A stretch of DNA of 64,000 bases, from positions 1,571,514 through 1,635,513 of the forward strand of contig NW_003314287.1 in NCBI RefSeq assembly GCF_000143415.4, read 5' to 3'. This document shows positions 34,038 through 45,893 of this stretch, one piece after another (positions within the stretch are counted from its first letter, which is position 1; each line of letters begins with the position of its first letter). The notes below the pieces were generated by a model. The model worked only from the letters and a program-made list of their open reading frames with translations, was not told the origin of the DNA and made no database searches. The DNA comes from Selaginella moellendorffii. Its lineage: Eukaryota; Plantae; Lycopodiophyta. The translations under genes and the position numbers were made by a program.

Positions 34038-35996
34038 CTACCTCGTTGTTTGCAAACGAGGTAGTTTGATTGGAGCAAGGAAGTTTGACACCAGCACATA
34101 GTTTGCAGCTTCTTCTGTTTGTAGAGAAGCTACGTCCCCTGCTACTCGACTCCCTCCACGGAGATCATTCTTGGAAGCTCCAAGAACACATCTCCATTCC
34201 AGAGCATCCGGCACAAAAGGCATGTTTTTTACCAGATCGTGGGCCTCGTCGAGGTGTCCAGCCCGTCCTAGCACGTCGATCATACAGCAAAAGTGCTGCT
34301 TCCCAGGTCTAATCCCAAAGTCCACCACCATCGAAACGAAGAAACCGATAGCAATCTCCACGGTGCCCCCGTGACAGCACGCAACGTAAACGGACACAAA
34401 GCTCGTCTCGTCCGGCATCGCCAAGAGCTTCATGGTGCTGAAAAAGTCGAGAGCATCGCCAAAGAGTCCATTACAAGAGTAAGCGACGAGCATGGCATTC
34501 AGAGCAACAAGGTTCTGCTCTGGTAATCGATCGAACAAACTCTTGGCCTGCAAGAACCGCCCACACTTTGCATAAGCCGCAAGGATGGTGTTCCACGACA
34601 CAGAGTCCCTGTCGGCCATCTCTTCAAAAACAAACTCGGCGTGTCGCAGCATCCCGTTTTGCGAGAAGCCGCAGAGCAGCGAGTTCCAAGTGACCACATT
34701 CTTCTCGGGCATTTTCCCGAGCAATCCAAGAGCTTGCTCGATGTGGCCATTCTGGGCGTAGGCAGTAAGCATGGCCGTCCAAGTAACTACGGTAAGCTCT
34801 GGCATGTTTGCAAAGAACCGGCTAGCTTCTTCCACGTACCCGCGCGATGCATAAGCGTGTAGCATGCTCGTCGATGAGACCAAGTCCCCAAATGGCATTC
34901 GATCGAACAGACACTTCGCCTCTTCCAGATGATCAGCTTGGACGAATCCAGCCAACATGGAGTTCCAAGTTACCAAGCTATGGTTTGGCATCGCATCGAA
35001 GATCTTCTTTGCATCGCGGAGATGCCCGTTTTGAGCGCTCGCTCCAAGCATCGTCGTCCAGGACACAAGATTCTTCTCCGGCATGCGCTTGAAAACCTCT
35101 TTTGCTTCGTCCAAGCCACCATTCAGCGCAGTCGCAGACAACAAAGCGTTCCACGAGATTAAGTTGTGCTTCGGCATGTCATTGAATACGTTCTTTGTCT
35201 CGTCCAAGTGACCGTTTTGGCCATATCCAGTAAGCATGGCATTCCACGACGCCAAATCCCTCGACGCCATCTCATCAAACAAGCGCTTGGCGCCCTCCAC
35301 GTCGGCGGCCTGGGAATAAGACGAGAGCATCGCGTTCCAGCTTACCAGGTTCTTCTCCGGCATGCCGCTGAACAAGGCACTCGCCTCCGACAGATGCCCA
35401 CGCCGGGCAAGTGCAGAGATCATCGATGTCCACGTCACCTGGTTGTGCTCCGGCATTTTTTCGTACGTGCGCTTTGCATCTTCAAAGATGGCGTGCTGGG
35501 AGTAGCAGCAAAGTAGAGCATTCCAAGATACCACGTTTCTTTCTGGCATGTGCGTAAACGTTTTCTCAGCTTTATCGAGATGCCCACAATGGGCATAGGC
35601 TGACAGCATCGAGGTCCACGTCAGAAGATTCCGCTCCGGCATCGTGTCAAACACCCCTTCGGCCTGATTAAGTTTGCTGCTTTGGGCGTACGCAGCCAAC
35701 ATGGCATTCCACGTGATCACGTCTCTAACCGGGACGCCCTCAAACACCTCTCGGGCGTTTTGCAGATGCCCGTTCTGGGCATACGCAGCCAGCATCGCCG
35801 TCCACGTCGTCACGTCCCGGCACGGGCACTGGTCAAAAATCTCCTTCGCCCGCTCGACCTGCCCAACTCGGGCGTAAGACGATATCATCGAATTCCAGTT
35901 CAGCGGATCGCTGTTAGAGCTGTCGGAGAGAACCCGGTTCGCCATGCCCAAGCTCCCAATCTCGCCTCTCTTGAGATGGGCAGCTGGGTCGCCCAT
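34038..35996 (-). CDS. PLS-class PPR protein (PPR-B) ending in E domain (no DYW)
   Basis: Tandem 31-aa motifs; HFCCMIDVLGRAG...MPFVPDALEWRCVLGAS...YVLVSNF. Confidence 0.92.
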   Translation of the reverse strand: MGDPAAHLKRGEIGSLGMANRVLSDSSNSDPLNWNSMISSYARVGQVERAKEIFDQCPCRDVTTWTAMLAAYAQNGHLQNAREVFEGVPVRDVITWNAMLAAYAQSSKLNQAEGVFDTMPERNLLTWTSMLSAYAHCGHLDKAEKTFTHMPERNVVSWNALLCCYSQHAIFEDAKRTYEKMPEHNQVTWTSMISALARRGHLSEASALFSGMPEKNLVSWNAMLSSYSQAADVEGAKRLFDEMASRDLASWNAMLTGYGQNGHLDETKNVFNDMPKHNLISWNALLSATALNGGLDEAKEVFKRMPEKNLVSWTTMLGASAQNGHLRDAKKIFDAMPNHSLVTWNSMLAGFVQADHLEEAKCLFDRMPFGDLVSSTSMLHAYASRGYVEEASRFFANMPELTVVTWTAMLTAYAQNGHIEQALGLLGKMPEKNVVTWNSLLCGFSQNGMLRHAEFVFEEMADRDSVSWNTILAAYAKCGRFLQAKSLFDRLPEQNLVALNAMLVAYSCNGLFGDALDFFSTMKLLAMPDETSFVSVYVACCHGGTVEIAIGFFVSMVVDFGIRPGKQHFCCMIDVLGRAGHLDEAHDLVKNMPFVPDALEWRCVLGASKNDLRGGSRVAGDVASLQTEEAANYVLVSNFLAPIKLPRLQTTR

Positions 35997-37589
35997 CCAC
36001 CTAGCATTTAGTTTCCCCTCTCTTAAAGCTCTTGATTTGATGACATCATAAGCCTGTAATGCATAGATCCTTCTTCCTTGCTCCCAGGCAGAAAGCCAGC
36101 GTCACTGTTCATCCCCACCACTTTTCGCCACGCACACGGCATCGCCCCCTTTCGTAGCTTTCTCCTTTCCAGATGGTGCCCTCCAATTGATGAATCATCC
36201 TCTACACCCAACACGTCTCTCCCAAGAAATCAAGAAAAATTCCCAAATTTATCTTTGGGACCCAAGACTGGAGAGATCTCTCCACCAACAACAAACACAG
36301 ACACACACGAGTGATGGATCAAATAGCCGCCGCGCAAAGATTCCTGGGATCTTATTTTTTCTGACCACCAAACCAACAACACACCACCCTAGTGTGATGG
36401 AATCGAGGACGAAGACGTCTCTTTCCAAACGATGAGATGCAAAACGGGAAGGGTTAGCGTGATTAAACGAATAATGCGTCAACCAAATGCCAGCTGTGGG
36501 TATATGGGCATGTTTCACATTGTCGCGTTGTTTACTTCTAGGAACTGCAAATTAGTGAATAAACTAATTACCTGGATTAACATATAAGAAAAGGTGACGC
36601 AGCCGATGATGACGACACATGGTATGATTTCACGAACTAAAAAATAGTACGTAGTAAAAGATTGATCGCTTTGCATGGCTTTGCGCTTGGGAATGGGAAG
36701 ATGGACCGAAGCACATTTTTTGCAAATTTACCATGTATTTATTATTTGGGGGAGATTTACAATGGTTATTTGTCATGTTGGTTGATCCACAAAGTCCATG
36801 ACAAGAAATATAATTTACTAAGTCTAAACCCTGTACTTTTTAGCATGGGAGGAGTGGGCACTGCTTTGAAAAGATCGCGAATCCAAATCACGAGCTCTCG
36901 AGGAGGAGGAGATGTGAATCCCCGATGATTCAAGTCATGGCTGTTGCATTGTACGAAAGATCTGACCATGTAAGAAGAAACTTTTTAAAAAAAAATTTCC
37001 CAGCTGATACTTGAGATCAACCAAGTCCAATTGCAAACATTCTGTCCTGTCTGGAAAATCTATACACAATTCGACGCTGTCAGGAAGAATAGAATATAAA
37101 TAAAGGTAAAAAAGAGAACTAAAAGGGATAAGAAAAAAAACCATGGATGGATCAAAAACCATCCAGGCAGGGAGGGGAGAAAGTGGATCAATCCATCTCT
37201 CAATTGTTGTGTTGTTGATCCCTTTTGGCAAAAGTTTTGCTGGCAAGTTGCTGTTGCTATCACAGCAAACATAGAGCAAGCAAACAACAACAGCACAGCA
37301 TGGGACAATATACAAATCAATAATTTCATATACTCGCAAGTCAAAGATTAAAACGCAAAGATTAGAATTCTATCGCAAAAGTGCGGCATTTTCATTTCTG
37401 TGGGCTGAAATTTCCGTCGTGCATGTACGGGGTTGGTTGGCGAATATTCCAACAGGGGTAAAATCACCCATTTAAAAGCTCGAGGGTGGTAACAATTCGT
37501 TGTCATGGTTCCGGGATAATGCATTTTGTACCCGCCCCGTTTGACCAATCAATGCATTACAGCGTCGCCTGGAAATACCAGAAGGATAC

Positions 37590-37755
37590 GGCGGACGTGG
37601 CATCGACCAACATACGTGGATTTGCGCCTAATCGCGCTTTGCTTAGCCAGAAAGAGAAAAGGAGGCTGCCTGGCCGAAGGAAAAAAAAAAAGAAAAGAAA
37701 GAGAGAAGAGAGAGAGAGTGTGTGTTGTGTGTGTGTGTGTGTGTGTGAGCGAGAG
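37590..37755 (+). promoter_or_regulatory. ABRE-like motifs plus GA/GT microsatellites upstream of the clade-A PP2C
   Basis: GACGTGGC near 37594 and TACGTGG near 37613, followed by (GA)n(GT)n; clade-A PP2C genes are typically ABA-induced through ABREs. Confidence 0.5.
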
Positions 37756-38481
37756 AAAGGTCATAGGGAGTTCTTCAATCCAAGAGATTTGTAGTGTGTG
37801 AGGGATTCCTGGGCTGTGGAGCGCGCGCGAGAGAGAGAAGGAGCTAAGCTTGAGGTTCTCCTTTTTTTTTTCCTCCTCTCCTCGCTTTCTCGTGTGCTTG
37901 CTTGCTTGCTTGCGCTTGCTCGCTCGCTTCCAGCGGATTCCACAGCGTTCTCTCGTGCACACACACTGACACACCCCATTTTCCCATCCCTTTCTTCTCT
38001 CTCTCTCTCTTTTTCTCTCCTCTCCTCGCATCTCTAGCACAAGCCCTCGTTTCTTTCTTGCTCCCAGTGCCAATTCTTCGCGGGCGAATCCGGCGCCCTC
38101 CTCCTGGGCTTTAGGGATTGGAGCCGCGGCAATGGCGAGGCGAGCAGCGCATTGGGCTGCATTGGGCGCGCTCCAAATCAGGTGAGACTCGTCCCAATCC
38201 CAGCTCCGCCGTAATCCCAGATGGGTTCCACGGAATTCCTCCCCCAGGGCTCGTGATCTGCTCCACTAGACTGGAATCGCAGCGTGGGCTCGCTCCAGGA
38301 CATGCGGCGGGCGTACTTTTGATCCCCGGGGCTGGATTCGCCGGGTGGAAGCATTTTAGGCTGGATTCGCAGGGTCGCAGCAAATGCCCAGTGGCGGCAT
38401 TTGGAGGTGTCGTCCGAGCTCCCGCGAGTGAACAACGATGAGAGATGGGAGAAGAGGAGGAGGAATGTGTAGTGGTGATGG

Positions 38482-40164
38482 ATGCCGCTGGGGGTATGTG
38501 ATATCGCGGCCGGAATGTCTGGGCTCGTTCCATCGTCCTCGGAGACAACACCATCTTTGTCAACGCCGCCAGCCTACGAGAGCGATCTCATCTCTTCCGA
38601 GAGACACGACAGGAGGAATGCCAGTAGCAGGACTAGTAGCGGCAGCAGCCTGAGCAGCGCTGGGAGCTCCGGCGCGCTGCTCGATCAAACGCAGCAGCAC
38701 AGGTTACTCCCGGAAGAACAGGCGTCGCGCGACCAGGGTGGCGAGGGTGGCGAGGGTGGCGATTGCGTGGCTGCCAACGATGGCTTCCCGAGCTATGGAT
38801 TGGTGTCCTTCATCGGACGCCGCAAGGAGATGGAAGACGCTGCTACCATCGCTGGAGACTTCCTGTCACTTCCCTGTGACATTGCCCGTCACTCCAGCCA
38901 AGATGGTCACCATAGCTCGCACCACTTCTTCGGTGTTTACGATGGGCATGGCGGATCCCAGGTAGTGGCACTCTTCTTCATTGTTTGTTCTTGATCGTCT
39001 TTCCAGGTAGCACACTTTTGCAAGGATCGTCTCCACGTCGCTCTAGTGGAACAGATCAAAGAGTCGATAGCTCTGGCCGGGTTTGCCAGTGCAAACGAGG
39101 TGACGTGCTGGGACACCGTGTGGGAGAAGGCTCTGGAGTCGTGCTTCCTCAAAGTTGACGGCGAGATCGACTCGATGTGCCTGCGGCCAGGCAACTGCGA
39201 CAAGTGCGAGGTGAACACGGGCGTTTGCTGCGAGACGGTCGGATCCACCGCGGTCGTCGCCGTGGTGAGCTGCTGCCGGATTGTCATCGCAAACTGCGGG
39301 GACTCGCGGGTGGTGCTTTGCCGCGGTGGTCGGGCCATTCCACTCTCGGTGGATCACAAGGTACGTTCGACACACCCAACTTTGCGTTGATCTCTCGTGT
39401 TCCAGCCCGAAAAGGAGGATGAGATGCAACGCATCGAGGACGCCGGCGGTCGAGTCATCTTCTGGAACGGCTACCGAGTCATGGGAATGCTGGCCATGTC
39501 CAGAGCGATTGGTGAGCTTTGCCATCTTTCGCTTTGCTTTGCTATAAGTTCCATCGTTTGCTTGTTCTTCGCATTAGTTCCATCTTTGTTCTTCCATCTT
39601 TCGCTTGTTCTTCGCATGCTTGCTTGTGGATTGTTTTCGGAGTGAGTGACAGTCGCATTTATTTTTCCAGGCGATCGCTACCTCGACCGCTTCGTCATCC
39701 CAAACCCGGACGTCAAGTGCGTGGTGAGGAGCGACGAGGATGAGTTTCTAGTCCTGGCCAGCGATGGCTTGTGGGACGTTCTCACCAACGAGCAAGTGTG
39801 CGAGGTGACGAGGATGTGCCTGGCGGGGCGGTGTACCAGCAACCTCGACGCTCTCTCGGCACACACGCACGGCACCGAGACCTCCCACGCCCGCGTCGCC
39901 GCCGCCTACCTCACCAAGCTCGCCTACAATCGCCGCAGCGGCGACAACATCAGCGTGCTCGTCGTGGACTTGAGAAGCGGAGTTGCGGCGGCGGCGGGGA
40001 TGCTCTCCTCGGTTTCTATAACTTCCTCCTCCTCTAGCTCTAGTTCTTCGCCCGCGATGCCAGTTTCTACGATGACAAGTACTACTACTACTGCTGCTGC
40101 TGCTTCTACCGCTACCGTCGCTGCTGGATCAACTCCAACATCGGAAGTAGCAGCCACGCCTTGA
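38482..40164 (+). CDS. Clade-A protein phosphatase 2C (ABI1/HAB-like), 4 exons (38482-38961, 39007-39360, 39406-39511, 39671-40164)
   Basis: [71 protein letters not shown] (keeps the Trp that contacts PYL-ABA), [15 protein letters not shown]. Confidence 0.92.
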
Positions 40165-41669
40165 GAGATTTCTCTTTTCTTATCTACGTTTTCTTTTTTT
40201 CTTCCGCGATCGTTCTCCTCCTCCTTGGTCATCGTCACCTTCTTAAGTTTTGGATCTCCTTCCACACGATCTGGCCCAGAGAGACTCGTTCTCTTGTTAA
40301 ATCACTGTGGACTACTATTAACAAACGAATTTGTAAATTTATCTCTTGCTCTTTTTAGTGAGAGGTGCTGGTGGGCTGCCAACGCACACTTCTTTTACCC
40401 TTGACTCAACACAATCAATGCCAAGTATCGAAGAAAATAGCTTATCTTAGTCCAAATATCAAAGAAATTCTCTCTCTCTCTCTCTCTCTCAAAAATTGAT
40501 TCGTAGTCATAGTCGTAGTAAACAAGTGTCAATCAGCGTGGAGCTTTGATTTCTTGTCAAGACCTGGCCTGGCAGAAGAAAAACACAGCCACACAAAAAT
40601 GGACCTTCTCTCGGCAGCTCGGAGGAGAATTTGACCAGCAACTAAAAGCTAGGCTATTCCTCTCTCTTGGAGTTTTTAACTCTTCCAGTATCATCCTCCT
40701 TCGTCCGCGTAATTTCTTGTGCTCTGGGCCGAGGAGGGGCGAGAGGCCATTTTTTCAAATCGCCCCCATGGTCCTTGAGGCAAGCTTCGCCATAAACAAT
40801 GTTACAACCTCAGTTTCAAGAAGCCGAGCCTTTACAGATGCCCATTCCCGGTATGTGTCTCAGCGTGCGTGAACTATAAACAAATGGTTGCGGGCTGGCC
40901 GGATTAGATTAAGCATGACACTTGGGTACATTGGTTACTTTCAAAGCTGTACCATGAATCTTCAGCTATGGCGGCAAAGGCTTGCTGTGTCACATCTTTT
41001 CATTTATAAAAGCTGAAGTAAGCTCTTTGAGGTGATGGGCTTGCTGCGTGGTGGACTGATCCAAGAGGGGTGGACCAACATTTTGTACTGAACGATGTCC
41101 TTGTTTATTATTTATTTATATTTATAATTTATATATAATTATTATATTACTATTATTATTAGTAGTAGTATGCGAAAGAATTCCCCGTGGGGATCATCCT
41201 CCACCATTTTGTCTTGAGGATCCATTCATGGGAAAGTGAGCGCAATTTGCTAAGTTAAGCGCAGCTGGATTTCACACAACTCAAAGCTGCCGGAAAGATT
41301 AAAAACTTTCTCTCTTTCCTGGAGAGGAGCAAAGGTTCTCACATCCCCATGCAATGGCCGCCATCACCTCAAGCAGAAGAAACCATTAAAATCGAGAGAG
41401 GGATAGACAAGAATATGGTCATGTCATTGAGCGCATCTTCTAGCTTATTTATACCCGTGATTAGATTACGATCGATCCTCTCTAGGCTCTAGTTCATCTG
41501 CGGTGCTAATAGCTTTTGTTCTTACAGTTTCGAAGGCTATGGTTTATAGTATCTAGTGTGTCTGCGAGTGTTTGTGTGTGCTTGGACGCGAGCGTTCGTG
41601 TTCCTCTTTTGTGTTGTTTTTCACCGGTTCTTTAGCTAGAGAGAGGTCAACGCCGCTTCAGATCACTCG

Positions 41670-42314
41670 ATGTGCAACATGCCAAGGCGATATCTCTGCG
41701 AGATTGTTCTTGTTTTGCTCGCGCTGCAAGCGATCCTGGCTCACGGCAGATTCAATAGCGATGGTAAGAGCTGCAACCCGATAATCTTGTGACTCACACT
41801 CGCCTTGTGCTCTAGAGAAACTATGCTGCAGTGACGAGCCATCCGCGAGGAGCGGCGCCAAAGAATCCTTCCAGGTTTGTGTCTGGATCATCTATCAATA
41901 CGTACGGTGATCAATCGTCTATCTCTTTCGCAGAAGCACAAGGCAGCAAGAGCACCGAGAACATCGAGCACAGCTATGGACAAGACAGTGGTTGGATCAA
42001 CGCCTCCGAGCTGCCTGAACAAATGCGCCTCTTGCACACCGTGTCAGCTCGTCAAGGCTCTGGGGGAGGACAAGAAGATCGGATCGAGCCCCCCGAGCTG
42101 CAATAACAAGTGCAACGCTTGCGTTCCTTGCCAGGCGGTGCAAACACCCATGTCGTCCTCGAATCCCCGCGAAGAAGAACACCAAGAACAGCCGCGTGAA
42201 GAGCGCGATAATCAAGACGATCGCGAAGTCGGGGAGCACTTCATTGTTGGGTTCTCAAACTACATGCCCGAGACTTGGAAGTGTAAATGTGGCAACCAGT
42301 TCTTTAGTCCGTAA
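41670..42314 (+). CDS. EPF/EPFL cysteine-rich secreted peptide (EPFL1/2-like), 3 exons (41670-41763, 41816-41874, 41934-42314)
   Basis: Signal peptide (EIVLVLLALQAILAHG); IGSSPPSCNNKCNACVPCQAVQTP...NYMPETWKCKCGNQFFSP*. Confidence 0.88.
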
Positions 42315-42379
42315 GTAGAGCTTAGCTATCTCCAAAATAAAAGGAAACTTTGATAGAGTTTGATCTACCTCGCGCTTGC

Positions 42380-44550
42380 TAGAATGGCCATAGCTCCTGC
42401 GATCCTGCGTCTCCATCTCCATAGTGCGAGCAAGGATCCGCCCCCCACAACAAGCTCATCGATGCCTACGGCGGGTGTGGCTGTGCGAGAGCTGTTTCGA
42501 TGCCATGCCCAATGCGAGTGAGAATGCCTTCACCTGGATGCTCATTGTTTCGGCATACACGTGAAATGGACTTGAAAGTGGAGCCATGATCTTGGCAAAG
42601 AGCAAAATATCTAATTTACTATCATAAGATTAATTTTGTGTTTATAAATTATAAATTTGCTTATAATAATAAACTTTCAACAAACATACATTTTTAAGAT
42701 AAGTTTTATAACTAATTCTCTAACACTCTAAAGTATGAAATAGTAAAGCTGTGAAAACTTATAATATGATTAGTATATGGAAGCTATCTGATTACTTATA
42801 AAGATATAACTACATGATTACTCATAGAGATTGAAGAAAAATGTTACATTTAAAATACTCATTTGGCTTTCATATAAACTTCTTTTCTAGAAAATTTTAA
42901 GAATTCTTAATTAAATTAAACATTAATAAACTTAATTAATAATAATATTAAACAAGAAGTAACACATAACAAATTGTGTTGTATATTAGCTTATATAAAC
43001 ATTATTATCTATAATTAATATTGTCACTACAACAGCTAATAATACTAAATGACCAAAACCTTTGTAAATAAATTCATTTTATATAACCCTACCATAAAAT
43101 AATAGTTATCTAAATCATTTTTAAACACACCCTTAAAAAACAAAACAATATTTTAAAGTAATTTTTCAAAGTTATGCTGGTATTTTATTTATATAGCTAT
43201 ATAAGAAATTTATTTAATAGGGTTTCTTATGGTTTAACTAGTGCTTAATAACACTCATAGAAAAACATCCTATAAAACTTATTTATACTTCAATATCAGT
43301 TTTAATATTTCATATAGTTTAATAATTTTATTTTAATATAAAAATAAAAAAAAGACAAGGGTTTTAAAATTATACATTTGTTAGAATTGATTTTTAGTAG
43401 ATTGCATATATGTGACTTTGTGAGTATTTCATTAATTATTTTTATAAATTTTTTAATTTTGGGAATTTTAATTCATATATTTGAATGTATAAAGATTAAC
43501 TTTTAGTAAGTTTAGTTTTCCTAAATGATATGAATATTATATAAAAAATAATTTCTTTTATCTACGTTATTGAATTAATTCTATTCCTTGAATTCTTCTT
43601 AAGGAATAAATATGTTATAATTAAGTTTAAAAATTAATTAAGAATAATTAAATTTACTAATTGAGCCCATCAACATTAGATTTATATAGCTAAATTTAAT
43701 AAAGAATTATCTTCTTTAAAAAAGTTAAACATTTTTATTATGTAAAGTTAATTTGTTAATGTGATTAATCTTTATTTACATTCTTTTTGATTGCCTTCTA
43801 AAGGAGCCATAAATTCTTATTCCTGTTGAATTAATAAGCTTTCTAGTGGCAATAATTTTTTATGGTTGTGTATTAATTCACATATTAAATAATCATTTTT
43901 AAATATGTTAATGTTTATAAAAAAAAATTTAACTAAAAATTAAATATAGTGAGTAAGAGTATTAACATTAAAATTATGTTCAATTAAAAATAAAATATAC
44001 TTAAATATTCTAAATAATGTTTTATATTAAACCAATTTCATTTGTTATTCTAAATAACCAACATTGATAATCTTGACATGATCTCATTGACAATTCTTCT
44101 TATATAAAACAAGTATGTTCATGAAACTCAAGTTTTCCATAAGCTTCCCAGATTGAATATTTTGGAATGCCATTACTAGGACAATAGTCTTGTTAACCAA
44201 ACTGCTTAACTCAGCCAATGCTTATCTCATGTAACTCTAATAGAAAACACTGCAACATAAAAGGTCATTTCGTGTCAATAGCTTTTGACTTCTCCATGCT
44301 TTGCACCAAGCCACACTTCTGTGAATTTACAATTGTATGCTCCAACTTTACACATTACACATTTCTGTACAAACACTACATTTGGAGTTTGATAAAATAT
44401 AAATAAGTTTCAAAGAAGGGATTTTTTTGGCTGTTTCAAATGCACGTCATCAATTAAGTAGATTAGCTGGCTAGTTGATCACATCGCATTACGTGCTGGG
44501 CAAACTTGTATTCACTCGATCAACCACAAGCAAAAGTTGATTAAACTTTT
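42380..44550 (+). pseudogene. Decayed copy of the PPR at 46686-49238, split by an AT-rich insert (about 42610-44050)
   Basis: 42380-42600 matches 46672-46940 (cacaacaagctcatcgatgcctacggc); 44070-44320 and 44475-44550 match the PPR 3' end (gacttctcc.tgctttgcaccaagc). Confidence 0.78.
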
Positions 44551-45145
44551 TCACTTCAATGCTCTCCGTTCCATGTCCTGGACAAAAACTGGTGTGCGAG
44601 CTTCCGTCAGGTTTCACGGCTCCTTTGACAGTGTCGCTCAACTCCTTGGCTCTTTTTCGCAGCTCCAAAAGTCGCATCTATGTTGGTAGTGAATGAGCAA
44701 GGTTTTGTGTATGGAAGCGTTCATGGATTGCCAGCCGCCTCACGTTCTCGCGTTTCCATTTCCTGCCCAGGGTCATATGCCCGATCATGTCCGCAAGCTC
44801 GCCTCCATGGGATTCGTCATAACTTTCCTCAAAAGAAGCAATTCAGGTACCTATATATAATCTAGCTAGTTATTCCATTTACACGAGTGCCTTTCATCTG
44901 GCCGACTTGGAAGCAGTCTCCATGTATCTCGATGCGATGGAGGGCTTTCGAGAAAACCGTGGCGGAGCTCATGGGCGATTCCCAGCGGCCGCCATTCACC
45001 TGTATACTCAGTGACTCTCATTGGGTGGACTCAACAAGTTGGGATTTGTGGGTGAATTTTGGGACGGGCTGCGGGACACGGGGTCTCGCGTATCTCGTTG
45101 CTCGAAAGCAATGTCCTCCTCCCAACACGCGGTAAAAACCACTTC
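44548..45145. pseudogene. UGT pseudogene: 3' end on minus strand (44548-44670), 5' exons inverted on plus strand (44710-45145)
   Basis: [19 protein letters not shown] on minus; cctcacgttctcgcgtttcc...gggtca and [23 protein letters not shown] on plus; a further exon-3 scrap at 46581-46655. Confidence 0.8.
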
Positions 45146-45192
45146 AATCTAGGCAGACGAACTAGATAGTTAAGTTTTACACGTTTATATAA

Positions 45193-45893
45193 TCAGGGAT
45201 TAAAAAACTGGCTGCCACAGTTACACTTCCACGTCTCGAGCCTGTAATTGAGAACCCTTGAACAATGAAGTGCTCCCCAACATCGTGATGGCCTTGACCG
45301 CTGTTCTTGGTGTTCTTCTTCATGGGGGTTTCGAGGACGACATGGGTGTTTGCGCCGCCTGGCAAGGAAGCAAGCGTTGCACTTGTTATTGCAGCTCGGG
45401 GGGCTCGATCCAATCTTCTTGTCCTCCAAAGCCTTTGCGAGATGACACGGTGAGGAATTGATCCCATGTCCATGGCTGTGCGCGATGATCTTGGCGCTCT
45501 TGCTGTCTTAGGCTTCTGCGAAATAGACGATCATATACCTAGAATATACTTGAATATTTTAGGATTCGCCGGCCATGGAAACGTCAAGAAGAGCAGCAGT
45601 AGCGACTCCGCAGCCACGACAATCATCAATGCCGCCTGGCTTTGTTTTGCATGTTAGTTCTATTATTTAAGATGATACATACACGAACCTGGACGGATTC
45701 TTTGGCGCCACTCCTCGCGGATGGCTCGTCACTGCAGCATAGTTTCTCTAGAGCACAAGACGAGTGTGAGTCACAAGATTATCGGGCTGCAGCTCTTACC
45801 ATCGCTGCTGAATCTGCCGCGAGCCAGGGTCGCTTGCAGCACGAGCAAAACAAGAACAATCTCGCAGAGGTATGGCTTTCGCATGTTGCACAT
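45193..45893 (-). pseudogene. EPFL pseudogene (inverted paralog)
   Basis: Same exon layout as 41670-42314; exon 3 has deletions and frameshifts around the Cys motifs. Confidence 0.82.
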
